Positions 14,615-27,920 of a stretch of 64,000 nucleotides of DNA are shown piece by piece. The notes under the pieces are model-generated. The model was not told where the DNA came from. It searched no databases and was given only the letters and a program-made list of their open reading frames with translations. Both the position numbers and the translations under genes were made by a program. Each line of letters opens with the position of its first letter. Position 1 is the first letter of the stretch. This DNA comes from Octopus vulgaris (Eukaryota), in contig OX597820.1 in the NCBI GenBank assembly GCA_951406725.2, positions 62,496,001 through 62,560,000 of the forward strand, given 5' to 3'.

Positions 14615-15245
14615 ACCATGGTGGTCATTCGGAAGCCACTTGTCCTCAGTCGTTTAGATTACTGCTTCCAACTGTGTCCACTATACAATGTAAAATTAAC
14701 GACGGAACTCAAACCAATCCATTGAATCTACACAAAGAAGATCGTCTCAATACGATATGACAGCTACTGGGGGAGACTGGAAAAGTTAAGTATCTACTCC
14801 TTAGAACGAATAAGGGAAATATATGCAGTGATATGAATTTGGAAAATCATAGAACTTGTACCAAACTTTGGCGTGGCAGGTTACACAAAGAAGCAGAACG
14901 TGGCTCCACTGCATGGTACCCAAATCCCAACATTGTCGTTAGGATGCAGGACCAGATGCTGTCACGGCTTGTGTTTCAACGCCCCACAGTGCTCAGATAT
15001 CTTCCGACAAAGGCTGAGAGGCATACATGGGGTGGATGTAGTCATCTTGAAAACAGAAATGGATCTCCTCTCGTCTAGAGTTCCTGATGAAGCTACTACG
15101 TAGCAAGAAACGCAGATGAGGGTAGAAACAACAAGCCCCCTTATTCACCAAATGGCACATATCAGAGGAGGTTTCGTGAAAGTCTGAGAAAGCTAATAGT
15201 GGTGCCTCAACATGGCTGCAGCTCTCGAACTTAAAACTCGTAAAT
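14615..15245 (+). mobile_element. CR1/L2-group LINE 3' fragment, decayed
   Basis: KPLVLSRLDYCFQL...SYWGRLEKLSIYSLERIRE...IWKII. Confidence 0.75.
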
Positions 15246-15381
15246 TCAAAAAAACACATAAAAGCACCTTCCAGAAAACCGCAAGATTCGACGAGCATCA
15301 CAAAACAAGATTGGGTACACGAAACATATTGTCAGAATTCAAGTTAAACGTGAAAATAAGAATTGCCTAATTAAGCATCCG

Positions 15382-15615
15382 TCTTATTTCCTTATTGCCC
15401 ACAAGGGGGTAAACATAGAGGGGACAAACAAGGGCAGACAAATGGATTAAGTCGATTACATCGACCCCAGTGCGTAACTGGTACTTAATATATCGACCTC
15501 CGAAAGGATGAAAGGCAAAGTCGACCTCGATGGAATTTGAACTCAGAACGTAACGGCAGACGAAATATCGCTAGGCATTTCGCCCAGCATGCTAACGTTT
15601 CTGCCAGCTCGCCAC
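15382..15615 (-). mobile_element. SINE family B (resembles the octopus OK-type tRNA-derived SINE; name from recall)
   Basis: Reverse complement of ggcgagctggcagaaacgttagc...gttctgagttcaaattcc...gtcgactttgcctttcatcc. Confidence 0.9.
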
Positions 15616-15619
15616 TGTC

Positions 15620-16425
15620 CATCTTGTTGAAGCACTATCTTTGGTATTGTTACATTTCAAGAATAATCCATGCCCTCAATGGAAATGATTGGACTCAAGT
15701 GTGGTGCTCTTGACAAGACGTGTAGAAGATCCATACTTTCCAATAATGATTGCTTGGATTGATGAAGCTATATTTAAATTAAATGGCTCGATCAACCTCC
15801 GCATTACTGATGGCCTGACAAACGGTATATTGGGCATGAACATTATGTTAATGTACCAGGTGTTACAAATTGGTGCTGCGTATCATCGAAAGGATTAATT
15901 TGACGATTCTGGTTCGAGATAGCTGTGACGTATTTCATTTACTTACACTTGTAGCAAGAAACTGTCAGGTTAAGCATTCAAGAGTATTTAATTTGGAAAA
16001 AGATTAGGCTCCTGGCGATACCAATTTTATGTATGAAAGGACCTTCCTTGATGATAATTTTGTTCACCAAGTAGATTGGACGAAAAGGTTCAGTAGAATA
16101 CATTCCGCTTACCTAAACTTTACACTTTCCATTATGATTTATAAAAGATAAATTTAGCTCCCAAATCCGGCAACAGACGAAGAATTGAGGTCAGCCATTG
16201 CTTGGGAATGCGCAATAAAACCGAACAAAAGTTTTCTTGATGCTTACCATTAGCAACAGTGCCTGGACCACAGCGCTCTACACTATGAAAACAGGCTTTC
16301 ATAAAACAATTACATTCTCTCTGCAGATTCTATTAAATTTCGAAAATTAAATGTAATTTAATAGATACTGACTCGATAACTATTACCATTCAGTGTGTCT
16401 ATTTTAATTTTGCAGAGTGGCAATC
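15620..16425 (+). mobile_element. Tc1/mariner transposase relic
   Basis: WIDEAIFKLNGSIN (first catalytic D motif) and later IGRKGSVEY; many stops and frameshifts. Confidence 0.7.
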
Positions 16426-16435
16426 ATATATGTAA

Positions 16436-16468
<33 letters not shown>

Positions 16469-16537
16469 AGTTTGCACTCAAATACACACATCGATACACA
16501 CACACACATACAGAGAGAAAAAGATAGATAGACAGAT

Positions 16538-16577
<40 letters not shown>

Positions 16578-17003
16578 GAGAAAGTGAAAGACAGAGATAT
16601 GTGAGAAAGTGAAAGAAAATCGAGATATGTGAGGGGTTTAGCGTGAGTATTTTACTTCAGACCGCTCTGATTACTCCGAGTATTGTAACATGTACTCTAG
16701 TACAACTTTTTAAATGGAAAGTTGATCGGTGAATAATACTGTTTTATTTAAACCGGGAATGCATTTCTGCACATACTAATAAAAAAAAAAACTTTCATGC
16801 ATTACTATGTACATAAGCAAGAAGTATGAAATACATGTGTGTGTGTGTGTGTGTGGACTCGACTAGTATTTTATTTCGCGACAAAAAAAAAAAACACGAC
16901 GATGGCATCGCTAGAATTCGAAATCAGATAACAAAGCATTGAGAAAAATAGAAAATGTTATTGCAGCCTATGTATCAACGATTCTGCTTATTCGCTTACT
17001 TGC

Positions 17004-17077
17004 TGACGTCACAATCTTATAACCATTGTGACGTATAACCATTCGAAAAATATTTTCACTCTTTACTTCTTTCAGTT
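17004..17077 (+). promoter_or_regulatory. Candidate promoter or acceptor module: full CRE, CRE-like site, and TCAGTT initiator overlapping a polypyrimidine-AG
   Basis: TGACGTCA 17004-17011; TGACGTA 17029-17035; 10-bp inverted repeat ACGTCACAAT/ATTGTGACGT; TCAGTT 17072-17077. Confidence 0.4.
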
Positions 17078-17189
17078 GCATAACTGACGCTACAAATCAA
17101 CTTCTTGAGGATAATATATAGTTCTTTGATTGCTTGCATTCAATTTGTTCATATATTTATCTTGTTGAATTGTAATTTATATTTGAATA

Positions 17190-17393
17190 ATGCCAAATAG
17201 AATGAGGAAATTCTGCGACCGCGTACGCCGCTTCTTCGGTCACAGAAATCGCACTGTTACTCCAACTGTGATACACGTTAGCAGTAAAAATACCTTCTAC
17301 CGCCGAGCGGGATATGATTATCAATATTATGCAAGAAATTTCAACGGCGATGCTTTCGTGAAAAGCATTCGCTGGGGAAAGGGACACAAATAA
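17190..17393 (+). CDS. Candidate 67-aa basic small protein of unknown family (or first exon of a pseudogene)
   Basis: True ATG, non-repetitive sequence MPNRMRKFCDRVRRFFGHRNRTVTP..., followed 3 nt after the stop by a consensus donor G|GTAAGT (17397). Confidence 0.4.
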   Translation: MPNRMRKFCDRVRRFFGHRNRTVTPTVIHVSSKNTFYRRAGYDYQYYARNFNGDAFVKSIRWGKGHK

Positions 17394-17778
17394 GTGGTAA
17401 GTAATTTGAGATTCTATAATTTAGAGTAGAATAACAAGAACACCAAAATTATGTGTGCAAAGAACATTGTTCAAATGAATTACGGAGAACAATTATAGCA
17501 ATAAATAAGAAAAATAGAATGAAATGACAAATCTAAAAGAAACATTCATTAGTATATAAACGGCTGAAACGGAGAAAATATATAACAATAAAAATCATGT
17601 AAAGATGAGATTAAAGCATAACAGTAAATACAACAATGGTACATAATACCTATTTAGTATAAACGATGTAGATTAATAATCTGTTGATTATTTCGGAACC
17701 TAGAATATAAATATCAGAATTTCAATTCACATGTTAGAGGTATATCTTTGCTAAAGAGAAAAATGTTTTCTTTTCCAG

Positions 17779-17917
17779 TCCAGAGATCTGATGAGAACGA
17801 TGAGTAAAGACACATGGAAATGGAAGTCTGGAAATAATGGCAGTATGAGCAAAAACTGCGGAGATTATGAAATTGCTGCATCTCTGCCTTGAATAATGAA
17901 TTAGACAAATGGTGGAG
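17779..17917 (+). other. Candidate internal exon
   Basis: Acceptor tgttttcttttccAG and donor GAG|GTAAAG. Confidence 0.35.
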
Positions 17918-18016
17918 GTAAAGCGCTATGTTTTATATTGATTACATCAGAGCAACCACACACCGAAAAAAAAAACTGCATATTACAGATACACAAACAC
18001 ACACACACACACAGAG

Positions 18017-18050
<34 letters not shown>

Positions 18051-18057
18051 ACACACA

Positions 18058-18091
<34 letters not shown>

Positions 18092-18189
18092 ATAACAATA
18101 ATACCAGGTAGAATTAGAACATTAAATTTTCGAATCTTCAATCGAGAACATTAGGAGAATTAAGAACTAAACATTGAAGAAAGCTTCAT

Positions 18190-18765
18190 TCGATCGGTAC
18201 TATAATGGATTTTCTGGTAACTGTCATCCGGAAATTGTAAGGATATTCCGGGATAGGGACCTCTATTTTGGAGGATTTCACCTCTGAGCTACCACGTCTA
18301 CGTTACTGTCTTTTTCTCTATTAAAAGCTGAGTTATACAGTTGTTGTAACTGTATAATACTAGCTACAAATTATTCCATTAGATCCCACGTTTGTGTGCT
18401 ACTCTATCAATGTAATCATTGTTTGGGATGAACTTCCTCCACTGTCAAGACAAGATGGTGAAAATAATATTTTTGCTTTTACACTGACTTGTGAGAAGAT
18501 TTGTAAACTACTTGAACTCTTCAGAGTTTTCTTTGTGTATCGATATCTATTGGCTGGTTTGCAACTCTTAAATCTCCAGTCTGGACCCTTTCTGAATCTT
18601 CCACAGTTACTGGAGGAATACCCCTGACGTTTTGCTAATATGATACAAGCCGTGAATTTGTAAATGTGTCTGGATCATCTGGACGAATGTATGTAATGTT
18701 GAAAGAACCGAAATCATCAACGATTGTCTGGAACGTTATTCAGGGTGGATTCCACTGCAGTTGAG
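18190..18765 (-). pseudogene. Decayed protocadherin-like sequence (cadherin repeats EC1-EC2)
   Basis: Collinear motifs NITYI, QTGDLRVANQPIDIDT, NVGSNGII, FNREKDSNVDVVAQ, NPPK*RSLSRNILTIS across stops and frameshifts. Confidence 0.55.
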
Positions 18766-19363
18766 TGATATGTATAAACATTGAGAGAATATAATTTCTA
18801 ATCAAGAATACATCAGAACAGAAATTATGTTTATAAGTACTTGGTTTAAAAGATGAAAGTAAATTGCTCCAATAACATATAGAATACAGTAGTTTTAAAA
18901 CATTTGATAGCAATAATATATAAAGCTAAATGTGTAAAAACCTGCCGGCAGCTTTACGGAGAATGTAGCAATCAGATAAAACTATAACAGTTGAAAGAAC
19001 TATCAAGTAAATTGAGATGAGATGCGAGAGAAATATTGGAATAAAATCACGGTCATACTAGGTAAACAGGTATGGATATCATAACTGTCTATATTTGTTT
19101 TTAAACTCCAGAGAAACTTCATAATATCCTAGTTTTAAATACAAAGAGCGACATCATATCTCTCAGTTCTTCTGAAAATACAACAAAAATACATCTTTGA
19201 TATGTAACTCCTGACAAATTTATATTAAGGCATCTATCTATAACGCAAGTGATATATTCTTAAAATAGAAATTACCACATTCCCATTTAATTCCTAATGA
19301 ATTTCATATCACAAAAGGTTAATAGCTTTTGTAAGCTAAACTTAAAATCATTTTTGGTTCTAG

Positions 19364-19538
19364 TGTTTGAAAACATTCTTTGAATTGAACATGGTTGAAA
19401 TTCTACAATGATGAGAATGTGAAGAAAGCTGAGAATGTGAAGAAAGCTGAGAATGTGAAGAAAGCTGAGAATATGGAAAGATTTCTGCCTTGCCGCTTAC
19501 AGAAGATATACATTCAACATGGAGGAGGTGACGTATAA
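19364..19538 (+). other. Candidate exon containing an 18-bp tandem repeat
   Basis: Acceptor catttttggttctAG; (gagaatgtgaagaaagct)x3 at 19413-19466 reads ENVKKA x3; AATAAA at 19638. Confidence 0.3.
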
Positions 19539-19734
19539 TTTATTGTATATTATTTATGTGACAATCCTATATACGCACAAACGTCACACACAATTCTATT
19601 ATATGACAAAACAAATCACGCACTCACAAACATGAAAAATAAACAGTATAACGAAACTAAAACATTTGTAGAAATGATAATTAGAAAATATGCAAATTAG
19701 AAAATTAACATTATAATAATTTACAAGTTTATAA

Positions 19735-21140
<1,406 letters not shown>

Positions 21141-22779
21141 TACTTTTCTTAGTGTTAAGACTTTGTTTTTGAATTTTCTCGTTCATGCTTTTTTTTTTCT
21201 CGGTTTCAGATTCCACTAATAAATTAGTGTTTATACAACTACTATAACTATTAAGTGAAAACTATATCCTGGGCTCATCATATTCTTCAGATCTTCATAT
21301 ACACGGCAATGTGATGATTTGCCATCGCACAATATTACGCCCATTGGTCATGATGTTGGACAAAGGCTGAAATATAAAAGAAAGTTGAACGGGCAAAACA
21401 ATCAAAATGACGCATAGGATTATAGCAAAACTATAAAATTCATACAATTATAAATGAAAGAACAACAGCTGAGTAAATACATAATTTAGCAAATGATAAT
21501 AAAGAACACTTTATACCAATGATAAAACAACATATACTATCATATAAAATAGTTATCTGCAACAATCATAGCTAACAACTGTTAAATATGTAATCTAATT
21601 GCTGTTAAATATAAGGTGTAATATTCAAACACTATATATTATATATAACAACTAGTGAATTAATATCTAATTCAGGTTACATACATCAAAGCTGGTGCTG
21701 TATAACAAATAAGTGCTTTTAAACATAACAACGTGTAAAATTATAACATTTAAACTCGCTGCATACATGGTGCAAATAACATTCCAGTAGATAAATATGA
21801 ATACTACCCAATGAAAAGTGACGTTAGATAGAAAACTAAAAGAATTCTATTTTACAAGTAATGCACACATAGATATATTAATATTAATTCTGGTACCTTC
21901 GTGTAAACAACATTGAAGCAATATCATTCTAGTATTAATAGAACTATGTACAGTATCATCAGTACATGTAAACCTGTTGCATTACAAGGAACAACGTGTT
22001 CAAGCGGTGAAATACATTTTTATGAAGTGTTGAGTATGAAGAAACATCTAAAATTATGAAGATAACACTTCGTCGGAGATACTCCAAATGTCCTCTGGTG
22101 TTGCAGAATTAATAGAGTGCTGTATGGTGAACCATCGATATGAAGGCTAAATCTCATATATAACGACATTCCTAACATCTAAACAGGAAGATCACATTGA
22201 ATAATGTAGCCTGGTGTCCAATGAAGGGCTTCGTGTGGCTGGAATGCCTTTAATTATAGGCAAGTCTATATGAGACAGAGATTGATTTCGGGACTAAACA
22301 ACGCCAACACTCGAGTACTACGGCTAACACACTAACTCCCCATTTCCCTCGACCTGTAATACCACTAACATCACTAATGTCCCTACTAATACAACTAACA
22401 GGCCTTCCCCCCATAATACTAACAACATTAACAACACTACTAACAGTATAGTTCGGTGTTGAACTTGTTTGGTAGGGATCAACTCGGTCACATGATGGCA
22501 GACCATGATCAAAGCTGTTCCACTTACATTTATCCTGACATTATATGTCTGCCTACATTACTTAATGCCCTTTCTTTTTTAAAGACCTCAGCCTTATTCA
22601 AAGGAAATTGATTAGCGTGTAATTATGCTGTGATTTCAGCGACAGCATAAATATTCAATACTCAGACAAAGTACAGCTTGTAATATTAACACAGGAACAC
22701 GCTGTAACATCTAGTTCCTCTCACATATAAAGAAGAGTATGCCTAACACCAGGTGTCTATTGAACATCACAAGGAATAG

Positions 22780-24005
22780 ACGAGCGTAAAACTTAACACT
22801 CCTGTAACGTTTAGCTCATCTTAAAGATTACAGATAGAAAGTAATATTCCGAATAGCAGCGGCCAACAACTGCTAACAGTAAAATGAAGAAAATAACACC
22901 AGTATCCTATACACGTCTGGGAGACACCTTCCAGCAGCGAACATGCGTTAAACACGAAATTGAGAGAATATTTCGGACATAAATCCAACAGCTGGAGAAT
23001 ATAGCACCAGACACCAGTAAATATTACATTAGAGACACCTTTTTAACAACAAGCGGTTGTCGCCAGCACCATGCAATGCTCTTTTAACAGCCAGCTGATA
23101 TTAACTAAAGCAACAATATTTCGGACATCATCATCCATCAGCTGCTAGCAATAAGATGTGAGAAATATGTCTTTAACAACGAACACATGTTAACAGCACC
23201 ATCAAGAGTTCTTCAAGTAACCAGCTCTTCTTAACAATAACATTGAACAATGTTTCAGGTACCATCAACTGCTATCAATAATATGTGAGGAATATGCTTT
23301 TAACAACTAACGCATGTTAACAGCAACATCTATATAACCAGCTCTTGTTAACAGTAACATGGAACAATGTTTCGGACCGTAGTGCCCAGCATTTGGTAAC
23401 ATAAAACGGAGACTAAAACAGCTGAACACGAGTAATATACAGTTTTATATCAACTTAATATAACAGAATGCAAACATCTCGTTTATATTACTCCTCTAAT
23501 TCCATCGGTAACTAACATATAGTCAGCATATAATGAATATATATCTAAGTAAGCGGCTTGTGCTATAAATATCTTCGGTGATTATATAGTATGAACAATA
23601 GTCTCTGCATTATTCTGGAGGCCGTTTATATCACCTGAATTGTACTGAAGATCATATGTACAACACTTATAGCTACACTTGATTTATATACCATATATAA
23701 AACGTCGGCCTATTGCTAAACTAAACTTAGCTACAAGGAAACATAGCTACAATTATCAATAACATAAAGACTACAAATAATACACTCAGCTGTTGTTCAC
23801 AATAATATGGATATTCCAATTCTAATACTCAGCTCCTGTTAGCAACAACATGGAAATTACTTCACGCACTCAGCTTTGTTCACAATCACATTGAGAATAC
23901 CCCAACAATAACGCCCAGCTGCTCTTGTCAGTAATGTAAAGACTATTACTTACACCACCATCCAAATATATGCCCTAATAGCGCGGGGGCAATAAACACT
24001 CAGCT
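22780..24005. repeat. Degenerate ~41-45-bp tandem repeat, partly arranged as a ~125-bp higher-order trimer
   Basis: Recurrent cagct/caact...ttaacagtaacat...tttcggac units (e.g. 23092, 23221, 23338). Confidence 0.7.
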
Positions 24006-24470
24006 CCAAAGATTATGCATGACGGCCAGCGTCTCTGAAGAACAACAATGACTTATTTCTTAAAACAGCCAGCGTTGGAGAAATTTAGCATGGCAAACTA
24101 TAAATCATCCTTTCTAAAATACTATTTCCTAGTATTTTCAACACCGATCTCCTCCAGGATGCAGTCACTTTATGAACCAGCTATTAAGGAATATCTATGA
24201 GACTTTGGAAAACAACGGACGCCCCAATGACAAAATTGATACGTTTGAAGAACCAGGATTGGGCTTCCAACATCATGAGGAAAATTTATGAAACCAGCTT
24301 CCATCAGCATCAACAGCAACTAAATATATATAACTACCATGTGTTTGAAAAAAACTGATTTGCTCTATAATATCCAACTTAGTGAATTAACATCAATGCA
24401 TTGGAACAACGATCCTAATCCCAATACTACATTTGAGTTAAGCACTCCGTTCTCATCTTAAATATACAAT

Positions 24471-25560
24471 AACGATAACAACAATCAAATCCAGATCTGT
24501 TTTACAGTAGACATAACAACAACCAAGTCGAAATCAAAAATTTTACAGTCGCGATAACAACAACCAAGTCAAGATCTGTTTTGCAGAAGAGGTAACAACA
24601 ACCAGGTCGAGATCTCAGTTTTACAGTAGCGACAATAACAATCTTCTGAAATCATTAATGCAGTAGAGACTATATATTAACTAGATTAAAGTGACACAGT
24701 GAACACTGTGTAACAGGAAGCCCACCGCCATAAATACACTGTATATAGTAATACCTCCATTTTGTGACCAACAAAACACTGTGGTTTCAATAACATTCAT
24801 CACGTGATCATTAAATTGTAGAGTCTATAACATATAATACGTGACCAAAACTACATTGTAGAGACTATAACACCCACCTTGTGATCATAATTGCATTGTA
24901 GAGACAATAACATCTTTCGTGATCACACCTACCTTGTAGAAACTATAGCATCTATCACGTGATTATAATTGTTTCTAGAATTGTTTACCATATTCTACGA
25001 TCTGTGAAAGTTATTCCGTGAAGGTAACCACACTGTAACGACTCGAACATCTATTTCCGGATCATAACTACATGGCAAAGATTATAACACACACCTTCTG
25101 ATCATATGTACATTGTAGAGTTTGCAATATCCATTTCGGGATCATAACTACACTGTAAATACTATAACATCATTTCGAGATCATTACTGCATTGCAGAGA
25201 CTATAACATCATTTCGTGATCATTACTGTATTGTAAAGACTATAACATCATTTCGTGATCATTACTGCATTGCTCAAACCATAATATAATTTCGTGATCT
25301 TAACTACAGTGTACAGAATATAATATCATTTCGTGATCGTAACTACATTGTACAGACTATGACATCATTTCATGACCATAATTAATTGTAGAACCTTTAC
25401 CATCCTTCCTGTAATCTTAACATTGTAGTGACTATAAAACCTGTCTTGTGATCATACTACATTGTGGACATTCTAACATCAATTAGTTGGCCATAACTAC
25501 ATTCTGGAGAATATAACATCAATCTTTTGATTACAACTACATAGTAGACATTTTGGTATT
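24471..25560. repeat. 39-40-bp tandem minisatellite, roughly 27 drifting units
   Basis: Consensus near actataacatcatttcgtgatcataactacattgtagag; most homogeneous at 25160-25380. Confidence 0.9.
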
Positions 25561-26307
25561 CATCTCCTGCAGTACATGTACATAGATGTATATACGTTTG
25601 TTATATGTTGAGTTACTCTAACAATATTGTTAGTTGTTATATTTGTTGAATTTTTTACAATATTGTTATTTGATTTGTAACTCCAAATTTCTTTCTTTTA
25701 CTATTTTCAACTTTGTTAATTCTTGTTCTGAATTAAAAAATTTTTTATAAATTTCTCGTTTTGAGATTATATTTTTTGTGAAATTATGCTAACCTTTTCT
25801 TGTAAAATGTCGATGGTATATGGCATCAACGTCAGCATATTTTCTTATGATTTGACTTTTGACGAAGTAAGAACAGGCGGCAGCCGTCTTCACTGATTTT
25901 AGCCTTTCATTTGATATTTCACAGCAAAGACATTTTTTTACGTCTTTATGGTCATATATAATCATCTAAAGACATAAGTATATTCTTGTTGTTAACGCGA
26001 ATGTACAGGAGTAAGCAATTAAATAGAAATAATATTAATTTTTAAAAGTTTGTGTATATATATGTGTGTATGTGTGCATGTGTGTGTATGAATACATATA
26101 TATGTATATACACATGTAGAGAGTGCGTGTAAACGAAAGAAAGTGAGAGGGGACAGAAAGCTAACTCGAAGACATCTTCTTAGTCTGACACTTTTGAATC
26201 TATGAAAAAAAAATCTGTTATCTTATTTCATTCTATATAGTGTTCCGAAATTCTCCTTTATCTAGATTAAACAACAAACCAGAAAAAAAAGACGAAAATA
26301 TGTGTAT

Positions 26308-26722
26308 AGGCGCATGAGTGGCTCTGTGGTAAGTAGCTGCATACCAACCTCATGGTTCAGTGTTCAGCCCCACTGCGTGGCACATTCGGCAAGTGTTTTC
26401 TAAGATAGCCTTGGGCCAACCAGAGCCTTGTGAGTGGATTTGGTAGACGGAAACAAGCCTGTCGTATATATATATATATATATATATAATGTATATATAT
26501 GTGCCTTTATGTTTATATATCTGTGTTTGCTCCCCCCCCCCCAACATCACCTGATAACCGATGCTGGTGAGTTTACGTCCCCGCAATCTAGTAGTTTGGT
26601 AAAAGAGACCGATAGAATAAGCACTAGACTTACAAAGAAATGATCCTGGGGTCGATTTGTTCGACTAAAGGCGGTGCTCCAGCATGGCTGCATTCAAATA
26701 ACTGAAACAAATAAAAGAATAA
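26308..26722 (+). mobile_element. SINE family A, full length with internal (TA)n
   Basis: tRNA-like head, central microsatellite, tail ...gctccagcatggctgcattcaaataactgaaacaaataaaagaat. Confidence 0.9.
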
Positions 26723-26819
26723 AAAAAAGGGTAGAAGCCCGAATTCCGAATCCTTATCTCTACGTGGAGTGAACGTTTTAATTGGCTTCTAATTTTTTAG
26801 TTGATAGCTAAGTGTAATA

Positions 26820-27032
26820 AGGCGGCGAGCTGCCAGAGACTTTAGCACGCCGGGCAAAATGCTTAGCGATATTTCATCTGTCTTTACGTTCTCAGTTCAA
26901 ATTCCGCCGAGGTTGACTTTGCCTTTCCTCCTTTCGGGGTCTATAAACTAAGTACCACTACGTACTGGGTTCAATCTTATCGACTAGCCCCTCCCCCCAA
27001 AAATATAGAGCCTTGTTCCTAGAATAGAAAAG
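26820..27032 (+). mobile_element. SINE family B
   Basis: ggcggcgagctgccagag...ttcaaattccgccgaggttgactttgcc. Confidence 0.9.
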
Positions 27033-27131
27033 ATAGCTTAGTGTGAAAGCATTCAATTTTATTTGCGTACAAATGTGAAGAACTTGAAAGATAGCTTTGA
27101 TGGAATTATCTGTATAAGATATTACGTTTTA

Positions 27132-27475
27132 TTAGGTTGTCCGGAAAGTTCGTGCCGATGTTTAAAGGAAAGAAAAAGGTCAATAAATACTGACATTACA
27201 TTTTAATCAGCCAAATATGAACCATATTGTGGCTCAATGCGGCTCCATTTTCCCTTTAATTTGAAAACACCCTCTTCCCCAGAATTGAGATGGTTTAAAG
27301 GGTTACAGAATTAACACAGGTTATAAGAACATAAAACTTCTTCCACGAAAAGATAGCTTAAACTGTGCTCTAAATGGAGGTGTAGTCAAATCCTATTTTA
27401 TGGACACAAACATGTTCTAAAATAAGTCGAAAGATACGCTACTATAAATCGGCACAAGCTTTCCGGACAACCCAA
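27132..27475. mobile_element. mariner-derived MITE
   Basis: 28-bp TIRs ttaggttgtccggaaagttcgtgccgat / atcggcacaagctttccggacaacccaa (3 mismatches), TA on both sides. Confidence 0.9.
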
Positions 27476-27873
27476 TATGTCAGCATAAATTCTTTAACTT
27501 AGGCATATTCAATCCCAATTAAAAAATGCTTCGCGGCAAAGCACTTGCCAATATTATGAACATAAATTTTAAAGACAAAGTTTTCCATAAATCAGCGGAT
27601 CGCACTGATAATGGTCTGATAAGTAATGTATACCACTTAGAACTCATCTTCAGTCAGGTCATTGCATAGAACAGTATTCAAAATGCATGTTTATAAACAT
27701 GACTTCGTTAGGGAGTTCAGATATTCATGAAAGGAAATTGCTCGGTGGTAAAATTGCATAAGTGATAACATTACGGAAAATACAGCAATGATTCTAACAC
27801 GACTATCAAGTGCAAGGAATCTCCATCTCTTGGGAGAATACAAGTGACGGTAATTGCTGCAACGGATGTCAAT

Positions 27874-27920
<47 letters not shown>

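Noticed and set aside
17270-17361. Kinase-like LAVKIPSTAERDMIINIMQEIS in an alternative frame
   Set aside because: No Gly-rich loop, HRD or DFG nearby, and the segment is bounded by stops
18190-18765. Endogenous viral capsid-like fragment
   Set aside because: Initial impression only; collinear cadherin motifs explain it better and no viral hallmark was seen
24172-24360. Two short overlapping ORFs (MNQLLRNIYET..., MTKLIRLK...)
   Set aside because: Under 50 codons, no recognisable family, no supporting donor site
24471-25560. CRISPR-like array
   Set aside because: Units abut directly, variable parts are only about 8 nt and related to each other, no cas genes, eukaryotic context
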